A DNA stretch of 64,000 nt from Methanomassiliicoccaceae archaeon (GCA_963728405.1 CAVSJV010000002.1:224001-288000), one strand, 5' to 3'. Positions 30,822-42,886 are shown, numbered from the stretch's first letter. Numbers and translations are program-made. The notes: generated by a model from the sequence alone, not told the origin.

Positions 30822-31251
30822 CCGTGCGACGGGGGTGGGACGCCGTGGGCACGGGGTCAGGGATGCAGGATATTGAAGTTAAGGGGGCCTCATGTGGAGC
30901 AAGCGGCCAATCTTTTACCAAATCCCTTATACTCTTCATCAATCAACCAACAAAATCGTAAACCTATTCCTATCCATTTTTATCATTCACTTCGGGACGC
31001 TCAACCGAGGCCGCTCGAATATGACCTTCTGGCCGCAGCTCTCACACTTATTATCGATCTGTATCAGGTCCCGATCGAACCTAACCTTTTGTAGAAGATT
31101 GCAGGATGGGAAAGGAACGGTCTTGCGAACGGATCGGCCGTAATATTCCATGGATCATGGAAGCCTCCCTAGAACATAAGCGGCTGACGGGGAGAGGTGG
31201 CCGGATACCGATATTCAGAGTTAATGAAATGAAAAAAGGAAAAGTATTGGG

Positions 31252-32740
31252 TTAAGGAGTTTGCCGCATCACGGCTTCCTCGTCCTCAGGGCGACCAGCA
31301 GGACGGCCACGATGGCGGAGATCAAAGCGATCGCGCATTCCAGGACGGTGCCATTCATCCTTCACTATGACTGACAGCACCACGGCCAATATTGCAAAAG
31401 CCATACCTAACAGCATAACGCCATTATAGCCTTTCAAGAACACATAGGGATCCAAATCTGCAAAGGGCGTGTTACCAGAACCACTGAAAATCGTGAAGAA
31501 CGCTGCATAGGAGGCCGCGCCTACGGATGCTCCTAGATATGTCGCAACAGCGATGAGCGCGGCTCCGGTCCCTTTCTCCTTATCATCTATCTTCTCCACT
31601 ATGCGACTCGCAGCTGAACCGCAGGAGCCCCAGAGGACTCCCATTAGGACCAGGGCGATTATCAGAGGGATAGCTCCCATCGTCGGATCGATAAGGAACA
31701 GGATGCCACTGGAGATCGTCATTGCCATGCAGGAGATGGTACTGAACAATCTTCGCCCGGAGCGGTCGGACCATCTGCCGATCGGCACACTGATGATCAG
31801 GGTCATGACCGGCGGTATCAACATGTATATCCCGCTTGTGGCAGGATCGAACCCCATGGCCAGAGAAAGATAGAATGGTGTCAGATACCATATTCCTGTC
31901 CCCACAAGGTTGATGATCAGGTACACTAGGAACACCGAATCGAATATCCAAGAGCGAAATACTCTCAGGTTCAGGATGGGATCCTTGCATCTTTTCTCCC
32001 ATAATATGAACAGGATGGTTGAGAGAACGCAGATGAAGATCGCGGCAAAGATCTGAACGCTCTCCAACCCCAGGTGGGAGGAACGTTGTATAGCGAACAC
32101 GCCCGTGATGATGGCTATCATCGACAATGCGGGATCCCGGCATGTCGAAATATGCTCGGATATATCCCTCATCCTTGGGTATGGTTCGAGTCAAGAACAG
32201 AATGCCAGCTATCCCTATTGGTATGTTGATGATGAATATCCAGTGCCAGGAGAGATATTGAGTTAAGATGCCACCGAGGGTGGGTCCCGAAGCATATCCA
32301 ATGGAGGCCCCCACGGCAATTACGCTCATGCCGAGCCCGAGCCTATTTTTAGGAAGGAATCTAACGCACAAGAGGGGAGCGCAGGCGCCCATGACGGCCG
32401 CGCCTATGCCCTGGAAAATCCGGCCGACGATCAGCATCTCGAATGTGGTCGCCAGACCGCAAACCAGGGAGAAGAGAGTAAAGATGGCCAAGCCGACTAT
32501 GAGGAACCTCTTGATAATGCCGCGGTCTGCCAGTCGGCCGAACACCAGGAGCAGGCCTGCCATCATCATGAAATAGGTCAAAGATACCCATGCGGCAGTG
32601 CCGGTATCGATAAAGAACGAGGACGCGATACTAGGCAACGCGATGTTCACTATCGAGGCGTCCATCCCATCCATGGTTGTTAGGAAGATAATAGCGATCA
32701 GCAGGAGCGCCCGTCCTCTGCCATCCATAATGGTCGCCAT
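31252..32740 (-). CDS. MFS transporter, DHA2-like (frameshift near 32132)
   Basis: MDASIVNIALP, GRLADR, GRIFQG, GPTLGG, WHWIFIINIPIG; second half in a shifted frame. Confidence 0.9.
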
Positions 32741-32837
32741 CTTTTCAGGAACACGAGTACGCTATGAAAAAGCCTTGGTTTCTCTTATGTTTTCAATGTC
32801 CCATCTGAAGGCTAGGCCATGGTGCCGGAGCAAACAC

Positions 32838-32912
32838 ACGCTCGACCGCTTGGCCTTGGCCGGCGCCACGGTCTACCGCACCGACCTTGACGGGGCGATG
32901 ATCATCACGCCC
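32838..32912 (+). pseudogene. C-terminal fragment of a ComEC/Rec2-type MBL-fold gene
   Basis: TLDRLALAGATVYRTDLDGAMIIT resembles the YRTD..G.I C-terminal motif; no upstream body. Confidence 0.55.
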
Positions 32913-32943
32913 AAGAAAGTAGGATCCTTAATCATCTCTTTTC

Positions 32944-33348
32944 TTACCCTGCTGGGTCGTCGAGATCTACCCTCCGCAAATGCATTATCATTTTGACTGG
33001 ACCCATTCTCATCATTTCAGTAACAGTCTTACCAAGGAGTATTGCAGCATCCTCCCAATTCTTCTTCTTGCCGAGCCATCGGTTATAGCCAGCAGCAAAT
33101 ATGATTAGAAAGCCTACAATCACCAATGAACCCTGAAGGTACATTTCGAGTTTCCAACGATATTCATCACTCGTTATTGGCGAAGAATTATAGCCACTAT
33201 GGCTGTCATAAATAGCAAACGCCATTAAAATTATAATAAAGATGAAAGCCGAATATCTTTGGGCGAGAGCTGTCACTCTGGCTTTAAATATATAATGCCA
33301 ACTTATTATGTTAATATTCTTAAATCCGGCCTTAATATCTGTTCCCAA
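32944..33348 (-). CDS. AT-rich hypothetical membrane protein
   Basis: Two hydrophobic helices; start uncertain. Confidence 0.45.
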   Translation of the reverse strand: MGTDIKAGFKNINIISWHYIFKARVTALAQRYSAFIFIIILMAFAIYDSHSGYNSSPITSDEYRWKLEMYLQGSLVIVGFLIIFAAGYNRWLGKKKNWEDAAILLGKTVTEMMRMGPVKMIMHLRRVDLDDPAG

Positions 33349-33382
33349 TATAGCAACAAAGGCAATGTACGAGGGTCTCTAG

Positions 33383-34270
33383 ATGGATCAGGACGCTTTG
33401 GAAAACATAATGAAAGCTGGAGCCGTGACGCGGGAGGCTCGTCAGCTTGGGGCAAGCATGATCGCCGAAGGTGTAAGCCTGCACAGCGTGGCCGAGGAGA
33501 CAGAGGCCTACATCCGTAAGAAGGGGGCGAAGCCTGCATTCCCGGTCAACATTGGTATCAACCAGATCGCTGCTCACTTTACTCCAGCCTCGAATGACCC
33601 ATCGACCTTCCATCGAGGAGACTTGGTGAAACTGGATGTGGGGGCGCATGTGAACGGCTACATGGGCGACACTGCGGTAACCGTCGAGGTGGGCACGAGG
33701 AACTGGGCCAGCTTGATCGATGCGCCGACCAAAGCACTCATGATGGCGATCGAGATGATCAGCGAGAGGGTTCCCGTCAGCGCCATCGGGAGCACGATCG
33801 AGAGAGGCATAAGGAGCAACGGTTTCGTGCCGATTCGCAACCTTGCTGGCCATGAGATAAAACAGAATGATCTGCATTCAGGCCTGTCAATCTCAAATTA
33901 CGACGATGGCAACGATACAAAGGTTACAAAGTGTATGCTCCTGGCCATCGAACCATTCGCCACAAATGGTGCAGGAGAGGTCGACAATGCCAAACCAGGT
34001 AACATCTACATACTCCAAAGGGATCGCGAGATCAGGGATGCTGGAGCAAACCGCCTCTTCGGCATGATCAAAGAGGAATTCGGGAGCCTAGCCTTCTGCG
34101 AGAGGTGGTGCACGGCCCTCGATCCCAAAGCTCCTGTTCACCTGAGGACCCTAGTAAGATATGGGGCGCTATATTCATATCCAATCCTAACGGAAGTGAG
34201 GGGCGGGATGGTCTCCCAGACAGAACACACTTTACTCATAAACGGATCCAAGGCACAGGTGACGACTTAG
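33383..34270 (+). CDS. map: Methionine aminopeptidase type II
   Basis: AFPVNI..AAHFT, KLDVGAHVNGYMGDTA, NLAGH, AIEPFAT, QTEHT. Confidence 0.96.
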   Translation: MDQDALENIMKAGAVTREARQLGASMIAEGVSLHSVAEETEAYIRKKGAKPAFPVNIGINQIAAHFTPASNDPSTFHRGDLVKLDVGAHVNGYMGDTAVTVEVGTRNWASLIDAPTKALMMAIEMISERVPVSAIGSTIERGIRSNGFVPIRNLAGHEIKQNDLHSGLSISNYDDGNDTKVTKCMLLAIEPFATNGAGEVDNAKPGNIYILQRDREIRDAGANRLFGMIKEEFGSLAFCERWCTALDPKAPVHLRTLVRYGALYSYPILTEVRGGMVSQTEHTLLINGSKAQVTT

Positions 34271-34361
34271 AGTGCGAGCATCTGTCCCTGTCTGATGCAA
34301 GGATGGCTCAATTGTCACAAATCTGCATCCTTGAATAATTGCTTCCCATTCCACTGCCCTC

Positions 34362-34676
34362 CTGCGGTGGCATACTAAGCTGACGCAGTTAGGCGAGAGC
34401 GGGATCAATCCCTTTAGCTGACAGAAGTTCGCCGGACATAGCAACATCCAGACCACAATGGGCTATATCCATGCGTCCGAGTCGGTCATGGCGGCGGAGG
34501 TCCTCGCCAAGCCAATGTTAGTGATTGAGGGTGTGCCAAAGAAAACGGCAGCTCTTGACGTGGACTCCATGCGGGTCGGTCTAACCATGCGCTTAGCCAA
34601 GGGCGAGATAAGCGAAGCGACGTTCAACCGAGCCATGACAATGTTCGAGCCAAACCCTCTAGAAAGGTTGCGATGA
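34362..34676 (+). pseudogene. Tyrosine recombinase/integrase C-terminal remnant
   Basis: LRWHTKLTQLGESGINPFS*QKFAGHSNIQTTMGYIH (box II GH..TT..Y) with TGA at 34419; SHOCT-like tail RLAKGEISE. Confidence 0.8.
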
Positions 34677-34793
34677 CCAACGTGCCAAAATCTTTTAACC
34701 TCGGAACACTGGCTAAAGCTATCCGAATAAAGACGGGTATAAAACATCATATTTATACCCTTAGAGTATTTCCTGGCCAGGAAAGGTTTAACG

Positions 34794-37674
34794 ATGTCGA
34801 GCTGGACCGCAGAAATCGAGGCCAAGTGGCAACAGCGCTGGTACGAGGCGGGGTTAAATGAGGCGAACCGGGACGGTCGCCCCAAGTTCATGATCATATT
34901 CGCTTACCCTGGTTTGACCGGTTACTTGCATGTCGGTCACATGCGCGGCTACACCTATGTCGATGCCATCGCTCGGTACAAGCGGATGTCTGGCTACAAT
35001 GTCATGTTCCCCGTGGGGACGCACGCCACCGGCAACGGGGCCATCTCTCTGGCTAAAAGGATCAAGAACCAGGACAAGAGGACGCTTGATTACTTGGTCG
35101 CTAACGGATGCCCGATGGAGCAGCTCAAGACCCTCACCGAGCCGCAGGACGTGGTCAACTTCTTCAACAAGGTCTATGTGAACCAATACTGGAAGCGCTT
35201 CGGCTTCCTAGCCGACTGGCGCCGGTTCACCTCTACCACCAATCCAGATTACAGCAAATTCATTCAGTGGCAGTTCCGCAAGCTCCATGACGCTGGCCTG
35301 CTCATACAGAAGCCTTACTTTGCTCCCGCTTGTGTCGAATGCGGTCCGGTGGCGGTGGATGCTTCGGAAACGGACCTCTCCAAGGGCGGCAGTGCGGAAA
35401 CGAGCGAGTATACACTTCTCAAGTTCAAATGCGGCGATCTCTACCTGGTGGCAGCGACCCTCAGGCCCGAGACGGTTTATGGGCAGACCAACTTCTGGGT
35501 GAACCCAGATGTCGAGTATGTCAAGGTCCGCCGGAGCGGCGAGACCTGGGTCATCAGCCGCCCCTCGTATGACAAGATGAGATACCAGAAGGATGATCTG
35601 GATATACAAGGCACCATCCCCGGAGCAGAGCTCATCGGCAGGATGTGTGTGGCCCCGGTCATAAACCGGCAGATCCCGGTGTTGCCCGCGACGTTCTGCA
35701 AGCCCGAGGTCGGGACTGGGCTGGTCACCAGCGTCCCGTCCGACGCTCCTGATGACTGGATGGCCCTCAAACTTCTGCAATCGGACGATGCTGCCCTGGC
35801 CAGGTATGGTCTGGATCCAGCCATGGTCCGCAATATCGCCCCCATCGCCATCATCGACACCAAGGGCTACGGGCCGATGCCTGCCGTGGAGCTGGTGGAC
35901 AGGATGGGAATAACTCAGGCCGGTGATCCCCGGCTGGACGAGGCCAAGAAGGCGATCTACAAGGATGGTTTTCACACTGGCCGGATGAACGCCAACTGCG
36001 GCGAGTTCGCCGGAATGAAGGTCGAAGAGGCGAAGGACCTCATCAAGCAGATGATGCTCAAGAGCGGCGAGGCCGAGCTGTTCTATGACCTCTCCGAAGA
36101 AGTGGTCTGCCGGTGCGGTAAGCCTGTGGTCATCAAGAAGGTACCTGACCAGTGGTTCATCGATTATGCCAACGCCACGCTGACAGAAAAGAGCAAGCAC
36201 CATGCCAGGAGCATGCACATCCTGCCTCAGGACTATTATGTGAACGTCCAAGGTGTGCTGGACTGGTTCAGGGAGCGAGCCTGCGTGCGCCAGGGTAACT
36301 GGCTGGGAACCCGATTCCCATATGATCCGAAGTGGATCATCGAGGCCATCTCCGATTCGACCCTTTACCCGGTCTATTACATCGTCTCTTCCTACTTCAA
36401 CTCTGGACAGCTGAAGCTCGAGTCCCTGAATGAGGAGTTCTTCGATTATGTGTTCCTGGGCAAGGGGGATGTATCTAATGTGGCCGCAGCCACGGGCGTA
36501 AGTTCTGAGCTGCTCGTCCAGATCAAGGACGACGTCTATTACTGGTACCCGCTTGACATCAACCTGGGTGGCAAGGAACATATGACCGTGCACTTCCCAG
36601 CCTTCCTGATGAACCACATGGCCATACTGCCCGAGCAGCTGTGGCCTAGGGGTATCTTCGTCAACTGGTACGTCACCGGCAAACTAGGCAAGATCTCCAA
36701 GTCCAAGGGCGGCGCGGAGCCGATCCCCGATGCGGCCGAACGCTTCGGGGTCGACGCCCTTCGATTATACTATGCTCACATCGCTGCCCCCTTCGCCGAC
36801 GTGGAGTGGGACGAGGGAGCTATCGAGAACTACACCTCGCGCATCGAACGCGTGCTGCGGACGATGGAGGATCTCAAGACCTTGCAAGGGTCCGAAATGC
36901 AGAATGTCGATGACTGGCTACTGTCGCGCCTAGCCAACCGCGCGGCGGCCATCCAGAGGTCCATGGGAGAGTTCGACCTGCGCCGCATGGCCAATGAAGC
37001 CTACTTCGAAACACTCAGTGATGTCCGCTGGTACATCCGCCGGGGCGGCTATAACGCCGCCACCGCGGCCAAGGTCCTGCGCACATGGGTACGGCTGATG
37101 GCCCCAATAACTCCACATGTGGCTGAAGAGATGTGGGCCGGCATGGGGGAGAAAGGTTTCGTCTCCATTGCTCCTTATCCGCTGGCCGAGGAGCTGCCCT
37201 ACAATCCGGAGGCCGAGGCGGCCGAGAACTATCTCGAGGAAGCGATGACCGATATCAATGAGATCCTAAAGGTCACTGGCATCACTCCCCGTAGGATATT
37301 CATCTACACCACACCGCAGTGGAAGAAGGACTGTCCTGGCCCTTGGTCTGGGCCTCATGAGCGAAAAGCAACTGAGCATCCCTGGCCTGACCAAGGCGGT
37401 CATGGCCCGGGACGACCTGAAGCGCCGTGGCAAGGACTCCGCGGACTTCGCACGCAAGATGGCCGAGGACCTGATGAAACGGTCCGAGACCGAACTGCTC
37501 AAGCTGGCTATGGACATCGATGAGAATGCCTACCTGAAAGACGCCGCGGTCTTCTTGGCCAAGGAACTCGGTTGCGAGATCGAGATACACTCGGCGGACG
37601 ATGCGACCGCGCCCGATCCTCAGAAGAAGGCCCGCGCCGCCCAGCCCCATCGCCCGGCCATTTTCGTTGAATAA
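34794..37674 (+). CDS. leuS: Leucine--tRNA ligase (frameshift at 37332)
   Basis: YP..TGYLHVGH, ATLRPET, GTGLVTSVPSDAPDD, KISKSKG, C-terminal PHRPAIFVE. Confidence 0.97.
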
Positions 37675-37893
37675 ACCCTTTCCGATTCTTCCTTTCTTCG
37701 CCCATGGCTCTCTCTCTGCGATATGGAACGATCTTTGAACTATCGACACAGTCTGGTATGGCCACGCCCATGTCGAGACGACAGTCGCGGAATGGATTCT
37801 CTATCCCGCAAAGGTTATCCCTTCAGCCCTATTTTCCCATCGGCCAATTTGGGCGATCCTCATTATCTTACACGGGCTTAGGAGAAAACAATC

Positions 37894-40815
37894 ATGTTCG
37901 CAGGTATCGCTGACTTTGTGGCCCGACGCCATAAGCTGATAATCGTCGCTTGGATCGTCGCGCTCCTAGTGGCGCTCCCCCTGGCGTCCCTGGTCGGTAA
38001 TGTCATTCAATATGAGGAGACCGAGAACTCCCCCCAGAGTCTCGAGTCCGCTGGAGCGAACAACTACATAACCGAGCAGTTCGGCAATACTTCGGAACAA
38101 CCATCGACACTTATCGTCCTGACCTCATCCAATATCCTTAGTGACGAGGTGAAGCAGGCGGTCTCGAGGATCGAGAACAAACTCAAAGATGCCTCGGGCG
38201 ACACTATACATATGGTCACGGTCAGGACCATCTATGGTGCGGCCGATATCTACACCCTGAACGTGCTGATCGGCCTGAACAGTGCCTATACGGAAGCGAA
38301 TCTCACTGCCTATGTGATCTATGGCCTGCCTCAGGAATATCGTACCCTGTGGCAGGAGGTAAATCAGAGCACCCATGCCTCCTTCGCCGACGTCAGCGCC
38401 TCTTCCAAACAGGTCTTCGAGGTGGATCTCGATGCCATGATGGGCAACGTGTCCGGTGAGCAGAAGGGGCTCGTCCATGCGTACTTCAACGCCACCTTTG
38501 CCTGGTGGTCTGCACAGGGATCCGAGCCGGACCAGGCTGACTTCGAGGCCGGCGTCACTAGCGTCGCCCTGGCCTTCGGTCAGAACATCACTGATCCGAC
38601 CACCAGGTCCATGTTCATGGGCCTTCGCCAGAACCTAGGCTTCAGCCAGTTTAACGATCCTACTCTCCGGAAGGAGGCGATCTCGGCTTACATCGCCTCC
38701 ATACCCTCGGTCGCCCAGTCGCTCGCCCCCCAGCCCTGGGTGGTCACTGCGGCAGGGGACCTGGGCACCAGTTATGCCACTTCTAAGGTCATGGCCTTGT
38801 CCAAGCAGATAGTGGCCAACTCGACCTTGGACGATTTCCCGATCAAGATCCCGGCGGATATCGTTGGTATGCTGGTATCACCTAACAACTCGACAATGCT
38901 GATCGCCCTGACCTACGACTCGGTCCCGAACAACACCGCTCCGGGCAAGGAGGATGTCAAAGAGGTGCGGGACATCGTGATGGCGGCCATCAGCGGCACG
39001 GGCATCAAGGCCTTTGTCACTGGCTCGGACCCCATCGGCGTCGATCTTCAGGATGCGACCTATAGAGATATGGAGATCATCGAGCCGATCACCATCATCT
39101 TGGTACTGGTCCTCATCGGCCTTTTCTTCCGTTCCTTTGTAGCCTCGTCCATCCCTCCGATCTCGATCGGAGTGGCCTTGGGCATCAGCTATGCTCTGGT
39201 CTACTTGATCGGCACTTACGTGCTGTCCATCCACTATTCGGTGCTGACGCTGCTCCTTACATCAATGATGGGTGCAGGGTGCGACTACTGTATCTTCATA
39301 CTGTCCCGATATCGTGAGGAGCGGCAAAACGGTCGGGGAAAGGAGGAGGCGATCAGGCAGGCGGTGACCTGGGCGGGGGAGAGCATCGCTACCTCTGGCG
39401 CCACGGTCATCATCGGCTTCGGGGTTCTTTCCATCGGCCGCTTCTCTATGATGCAGTCCATGGGCGTGGCACTGGCGCTAGGCGTCACCATCGCCCTCCT
39501 GGTAGCCTTGACCTTGCTGCCCTCGCTGTTGATGCTCCTGGGCGATCGCATGTTCTGGCCGACCAAGCTGGACCGTCCTGTGAAGGTCAGGACCAAGCCC
39601 GGATATTTCACTCGAAGCGCCATGTTCGCCATCAAGCACGCCAAGGTGATCGTGGTGGTCGCAGTGGTCATTTCCATACCGACCACCTACCTGGTCTACA
39701 CAATGCAGACCAGCTATGACTTCATCGGCGCCATGTCGGAGTCCGAGAGCAAGAACGGCATCACTGCCCTTCAAGATGGTTTCGGAGGCGGGAAGGTCAA
39801 TCCGACCCAAATCGCCCTGCAGATGAGCATACCAGCAGTATCTGGAGATACTTTCGATAACTCGGCGCTTCGTTCGATCGAGAACGCCTCGACGGAGATC
39901 GCCGGGCTGCACAACGTTAAGCAGGTCATCAGTCCGACCCGTCCCAATGGTGTGCTTATCGACTACACCAATGCGACGGCCCAGGCCCAATACCGCTCGA
40001 CCATGTTGCAGATGATCGGCCAGGATGGTAAGGCCGTGCTCATGACCGTCATATTCCAGGCCGAACCATTCGACAAGGATTCTATCGCTAGCATCCAGGT
40101 CCTACGGAATGTGGCTGTGGAGATACAGAACGATCCCAATATCGTAAAGATGTATGTGGGCGGATCGACCGCAACTATGTTCGACATCGCCAACTTGGTC
40201 CAGAGCGATTTCGGGAACATGGAGTACCTAGCCATCATTGGCATCTATATCGTCCTGATGGTCGTGCTAGGTTCGGTCATCAGCCCTCTCAAGTCGATAC
40301 TGACCATCTTGTTGAGCATCTCTTGGACGCTGGCGGCAACGCTCATTCTCTTCCAAGTGGTCCTTGGCCAGCATGTACTATATTTGGTGCCAATGATCCT
40401 CCTCGTGGTCTGTCTGGGTCTCGGTATGGACTACGATATCTTGCTTATTACACGTATTCGGGAGGAGGCCACCAACGGCATGGACAATCATGATTCCATT
40501 GTCCATGCTGTTGAGAAGACCGGGGGGATCATCACGGCTTGTGGCATAATCATGGCCGCGGCGTTCGGGTCGATGATGCTCTCCAATGGCTACCTTCTCA
40601 AGGAGTTCGGCTTCGCGTTAATGTTCGCCATCCTCCTGGATGCCACCGTTGTAAGGATATACCTCGTCCCGGCCATCATGTCCCTACTGGGCAAATGGAA
40701 CTGGTGGGCCCCCGGCCCCTTGCAGCGGATCAATGCCAAGAGCAACGATGGGCGGTCCAAGGAACTGAAGCACGCTGAGGAGCCCCCCCTCCTTGGGGAG
40801 CTCGAGGACTCCTAG
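37894..40815 (+). CDS. MMPL/RND family transporter
   Basis: Two repeats with GAGCDYCIFILSRYREE and GLGMDYDILLITRIREE; WNWWAP. Confidence 0.93.
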   Translation: MFAGIADFVARRHKLIIVAWIVALLVALPLASLVGNVIQYEETENSPQSLESAGANNYITEQFGNTSEQPSTLIVLTSSNILSDEVKQAVSRIENKLKDASGDTIHMVTVRTIYGAADIYTLNVLIGLNSAYTEANLTAYVIYGLPQEYRTLWQEVNQSTHASFADVSASSKQVFEVDLDAMMGNVSGEQKGLVHAYFNATFAWWSAQGSEPDQADFEAGVTSVALAFGQNITDPTTRSMFMGLRQNLGFSQFNDPTLRKEAISAYIASIPSVAQSLAPQPWVVTAAGDLGTSYATSKVMALSKQIVANSTLDDFPIKIPADIVGMLVSPNNSTMLIALTYDSVPNNTAPGKEDVKEVRDIVMAAISGTGIKAFVTGSDPIGVDLQDATYRDMEIIEPITIILVLVLIGLFFRSFVASSIPPISIGVALGISYALVYLIGTYVLSIHYSVLTLLLTSMMGAGCDYCIFILSRYREERQNGRGKEEAIRQAVTWAGESIATSGATVIIGFGVLSIGRFSMMQSMGVALALGVTIALLVALTLLPSLLMLLGDRMFWPTKLDRPVKVRTKPGYFTRSAMFAIKHAKVIVVVAVVISIPTTYLVYTMQTSYDFIGAMSESESKNGITALQDGFGGGKVNPTQIALQMSIPAVSGDTFDNSALRSIENASTEIAGLHNVKQVISPTRPNGVLIDYTNATAQAQYRSTMLQMIGQDGKAVLMTVIFQAEPFDKDSIASIQVLRNVAVEIQNDPNIVKMYVGGSTATMFDIANLVQSDFGNMEYLAIIGIYIVLMVVLGSVISPLKSILTILLSISWTLAATLILFQVVLGQHVLYLVPMILLVVCLGLGMDYDILLITRIREEATNGMDNHDSIVHAVEKTGGIITACGIIMAAAFGSMMLSNGYLLKEFGFALMFAILLDATVVRIYLVPAIMSLLGKWNWWAPGPLQRINAKSNDGRSKELKHAEEPPLLGELEDS

Positions 40816-40841
40816 GCCCCCAACCCCTTTCGTCCCTCCTT

Positions 40842-41384
40842 TCACTCCCAACGTCTGAAAAGATCGTGCTCCTGGCCCACCTGGTCAAGGATCTTGCCGA
40901 CCACGAAGTCTACCATATCGTCCAGTCCTTTTGGCTCCTGGTAGAATGCCGGGGAGGCCGGGAGGATGATGGCCCCAGCCCGCGCCAATCGTAGCTCGTT
41001 CTCCAGCATGATCTCGCTGAGTGGCGTCTCTCTTGGAACAAGTATCAGTTTTCGGTGTTCCTTCATAGTGACCGAGGCCGCTCTGGTGATGAGGCTGTCG
41101 GAAAGACCGGCCGCCAGCTTGGACATCGTCGATTGGGAGCAGGGACAGATAATCATAGCATCGACCTTATGCGTTCCGGAGGCGGGAGGGGCGAAGAGAT
41201 CGTCGTCCTCGTATACCTCATCGGTCATGTCGTCCATGTCCTCGTAGCCTAGGTCGGTCTCCTGTTCCAGGACCTTCTTGCCCATCTCGGAGACTATGAG
41301 CTCCTTCTCTCCCTCCAGTTCCTCAATGAGCCGAATCCCATAGCGGATCCCGGAGCAACCAGTGATAGCCACGATATATCGCAT
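40842..41384 (-). CDS. ubiX: Flavin prenyltransferase
   Basis: AITGCSG, PASG, CPCS..T, RAASV..KE, VPRETP, PASPAFY. Confidence 0.94.
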   Translation of the reverse strand: MRYIVAITGCSGIRYGIRLIEELEGEKELIVSEMGKKVLEQETDLGYEDMDDMTDEVYEDDDLFAPPASGTHKVDAMIICPCSQSTMSKLAAGLSDSLITRAASVTMKEHRKLILVPRETPLSEIMLENELRLARAGAIILPASPAFYQEPKGLDDMVDFVVGKILDQVGQEHDLFRRWE

Positions 41385-41660
41385 GACCAAGAAAACGGCC
41401 AGCGATTATTTGAAACGACTGTACGGTTTTCCCGCTTCTGTCATATGGAATACTTTATAATGGATGCGGCATCTTGGGGCTTCCGAGGTCGTTGATGTCG
41501 GCCTCGGTGTGGAGAATCGTTCCAGCAAGCTGTTCTTCCCGCCCTGCCGGCGCTTTCCAGTGGTGTGGTCCTCTGGAAACGCTTTTATATGACTTCCATA
41601 TTAATGCCGTAGGCATTATCCTTACTTGGATAGTATTAATGTCATTTCGAGGTAGTTCAG

Positions 41661-42086
41661 ATGGTCACAGTATATGATGTCCCGCCGGAGAAGCTTATCG
41701 CTAAGGCCGCGGCCCAATTGAAGCAGATCGACACGATCAAAGTCCCGGAGTGGGCAGAGTTCGCGAAGACCGGAAGGCACACTGAGAAGGCCCCCGTCCA
41801 GGAAGACTGGTGGTTCACTCGGTCCGCATCTGTTCTTAGAAAGGTATACCTGATGGGCCCCATCGGTACCTCCCGGCTCGCCGCCGAGTATGGTGGCTTC
41901 GCCGACCGTGGTTCCAAGCCCAACCGAGCCGTGAAGGGCTCTCGGGCCATTGCCCGTCGGTGTCTCATTCAACTGGAACAGTCCGGTCTAATTGCCAAGC
42001 ATAAGAGAGATGGAAGAGTCATTACTCCTAAGGGTCAGGCCATGCTCGACAAGGTCGCCAAGGAAGTATATGACGAGTCCCATTAA
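41661..42086 (+). CDS. rps19e: 30S ribosomal protein S19e
   Basis: TVYDVP, PEWAEFAKTG, DWWFTRSASVLRK. Confidence 0.97.
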   Translation: MVTVYDVPPEKLIAKAAAQLKQIDTIKVPEWAEFAKTGRHTEKAPVQEDWWFTRSASVLRKVYLMGPIGTSRLAAEYGGFADRGSKPNRAVKGSRAIARRCLIQLEQSGLIAKHKRDGRVITPKGQAMLDKVAKEVYDESH

Positions 42087-42106
42087 TTTCCTAATGGAGT
42101 GGTATA

Positions 42107-42448
42107 ATGCAGGACGCCGAGCTCGAAGAACTTCGCCGCCGGAGAATGGCCCAGATGCAGCAATCGCAAGAGAGTCAGTTGCAGCAGCAGGCCATGGCGG
42201 CCGAGCGGCAGAAGCAGATGGAGGCTGAGCGTCAGTCGGTCATGCGGCAGATATTGACCCCGGAAGCCCGGGAGAGATTGGCTAAGGTCAGGATGGCATA
42301 TCCCGACGTGGCCGCTGCCGTGGAGGAGCAGCTAATTCGGTTGCTGCAGATGGGCCGCATCCAGGACCAGATTGATGAACCTACTTTGGTAGCGATCCTC
42401 AGGAAGGTCTCGCCTCAGAAGAGAGATATCAAGATCGAAAGGGTGTAA
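42107..42448 (+). CDS. PDCD5-family DNA-binding protein
   Basis: [19 protein letters not shown]; conserved position after rps19e. Confidence 0.93.
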   Translation: MQDAELEELRRRRMAQMQQSQESQLQQQAMAAERQKQMEAERQSVMRQILTPEARERLAKVRMAYPDVAAAVEEQLIRLLQMGRIQDQIDEPTLVAILRKVSPQKRDIKIERV

Positions 42449-42452
42449 TCTT

Positions 42453-42608
42453 ATGGCCAGGAACAAGCCGACAGCAATGAAGGCCCGCCTGATGAGGGCG
42501 GAAAAGTCTAACCGCAGGGTACCTGCTTGGGTCATGATAAGGACCAACAGGGCCGTTCTCCGGCACCCCAAGCGGCGCAACTGGAGACACAGCAAGCTTA
42601 AGGAGTGA
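42453..42608 (+). CDS. rpl39e: 50S ribosomal protein L39e
   Basis: Manual translation [51 protein letters not shown]. Confidence 0.96.
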   Translation: MARNKPTAMKARLMRAEKSNRRVPAWVMIRTNRAVLRHPKRRNWRHSKLKE

Positions 42609-42613
42609 TCCAG

Positions 42614-42886
42614 ATGGATGAGAAATTAATGAACATCACGCTTAGAAAGACTAAGATGGCCCCCCGCACCAAGCGGGCTAAGAGGGCGATCAACGAGATC
42701 CGTGCCCATGTGGTCCGCCACATGAAGACCACGGAGGACAACATCTGGATAGACCACCGCCTCAACGAGGCCATTTGGGTCAACGGGATCCAGAACCCGC
42801 CTCTGCGCATCAAGGTCAAGGCGGTCAAGTTCGAGGATGGGTTGGTAGAGGTATCTCTACCTGAGGACTCCACCGTGGAAGAGTAA
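42614..42886 (+). CDS. rpl31e: 50S ribosomal protein L31e
   Basis: PRTKRAKRAI..RHMK..LNEAIW..GIQNPP. Confidence 0.96.
   Translation: MDEKLMNITLRKTKMAPRTKRAKRAINEIRAHVVRHMKTTEDNIWIDHRLNEAIWVNGIQNPPLRIKVKAVKFEDGLVEVSLPEDSTVEE

Noticed and set aside
35208-36617. Long antisense ORF (469 aa) and similar shadow ORFs such as 569..1291, 29357..30166 and 48953..49711
   Set aside because: They lie opposite well-supported genes, have no motifs, and are expected from GC-rich codon bias.
34794-37674. leuS and other split genes as real pseudogenes or programmed frameshifts
   Set aside because: The lesions are small indels in otherwise intact, partly essential genes, with no consistent slippery motif. 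Sequencing error is the simpler explanation.
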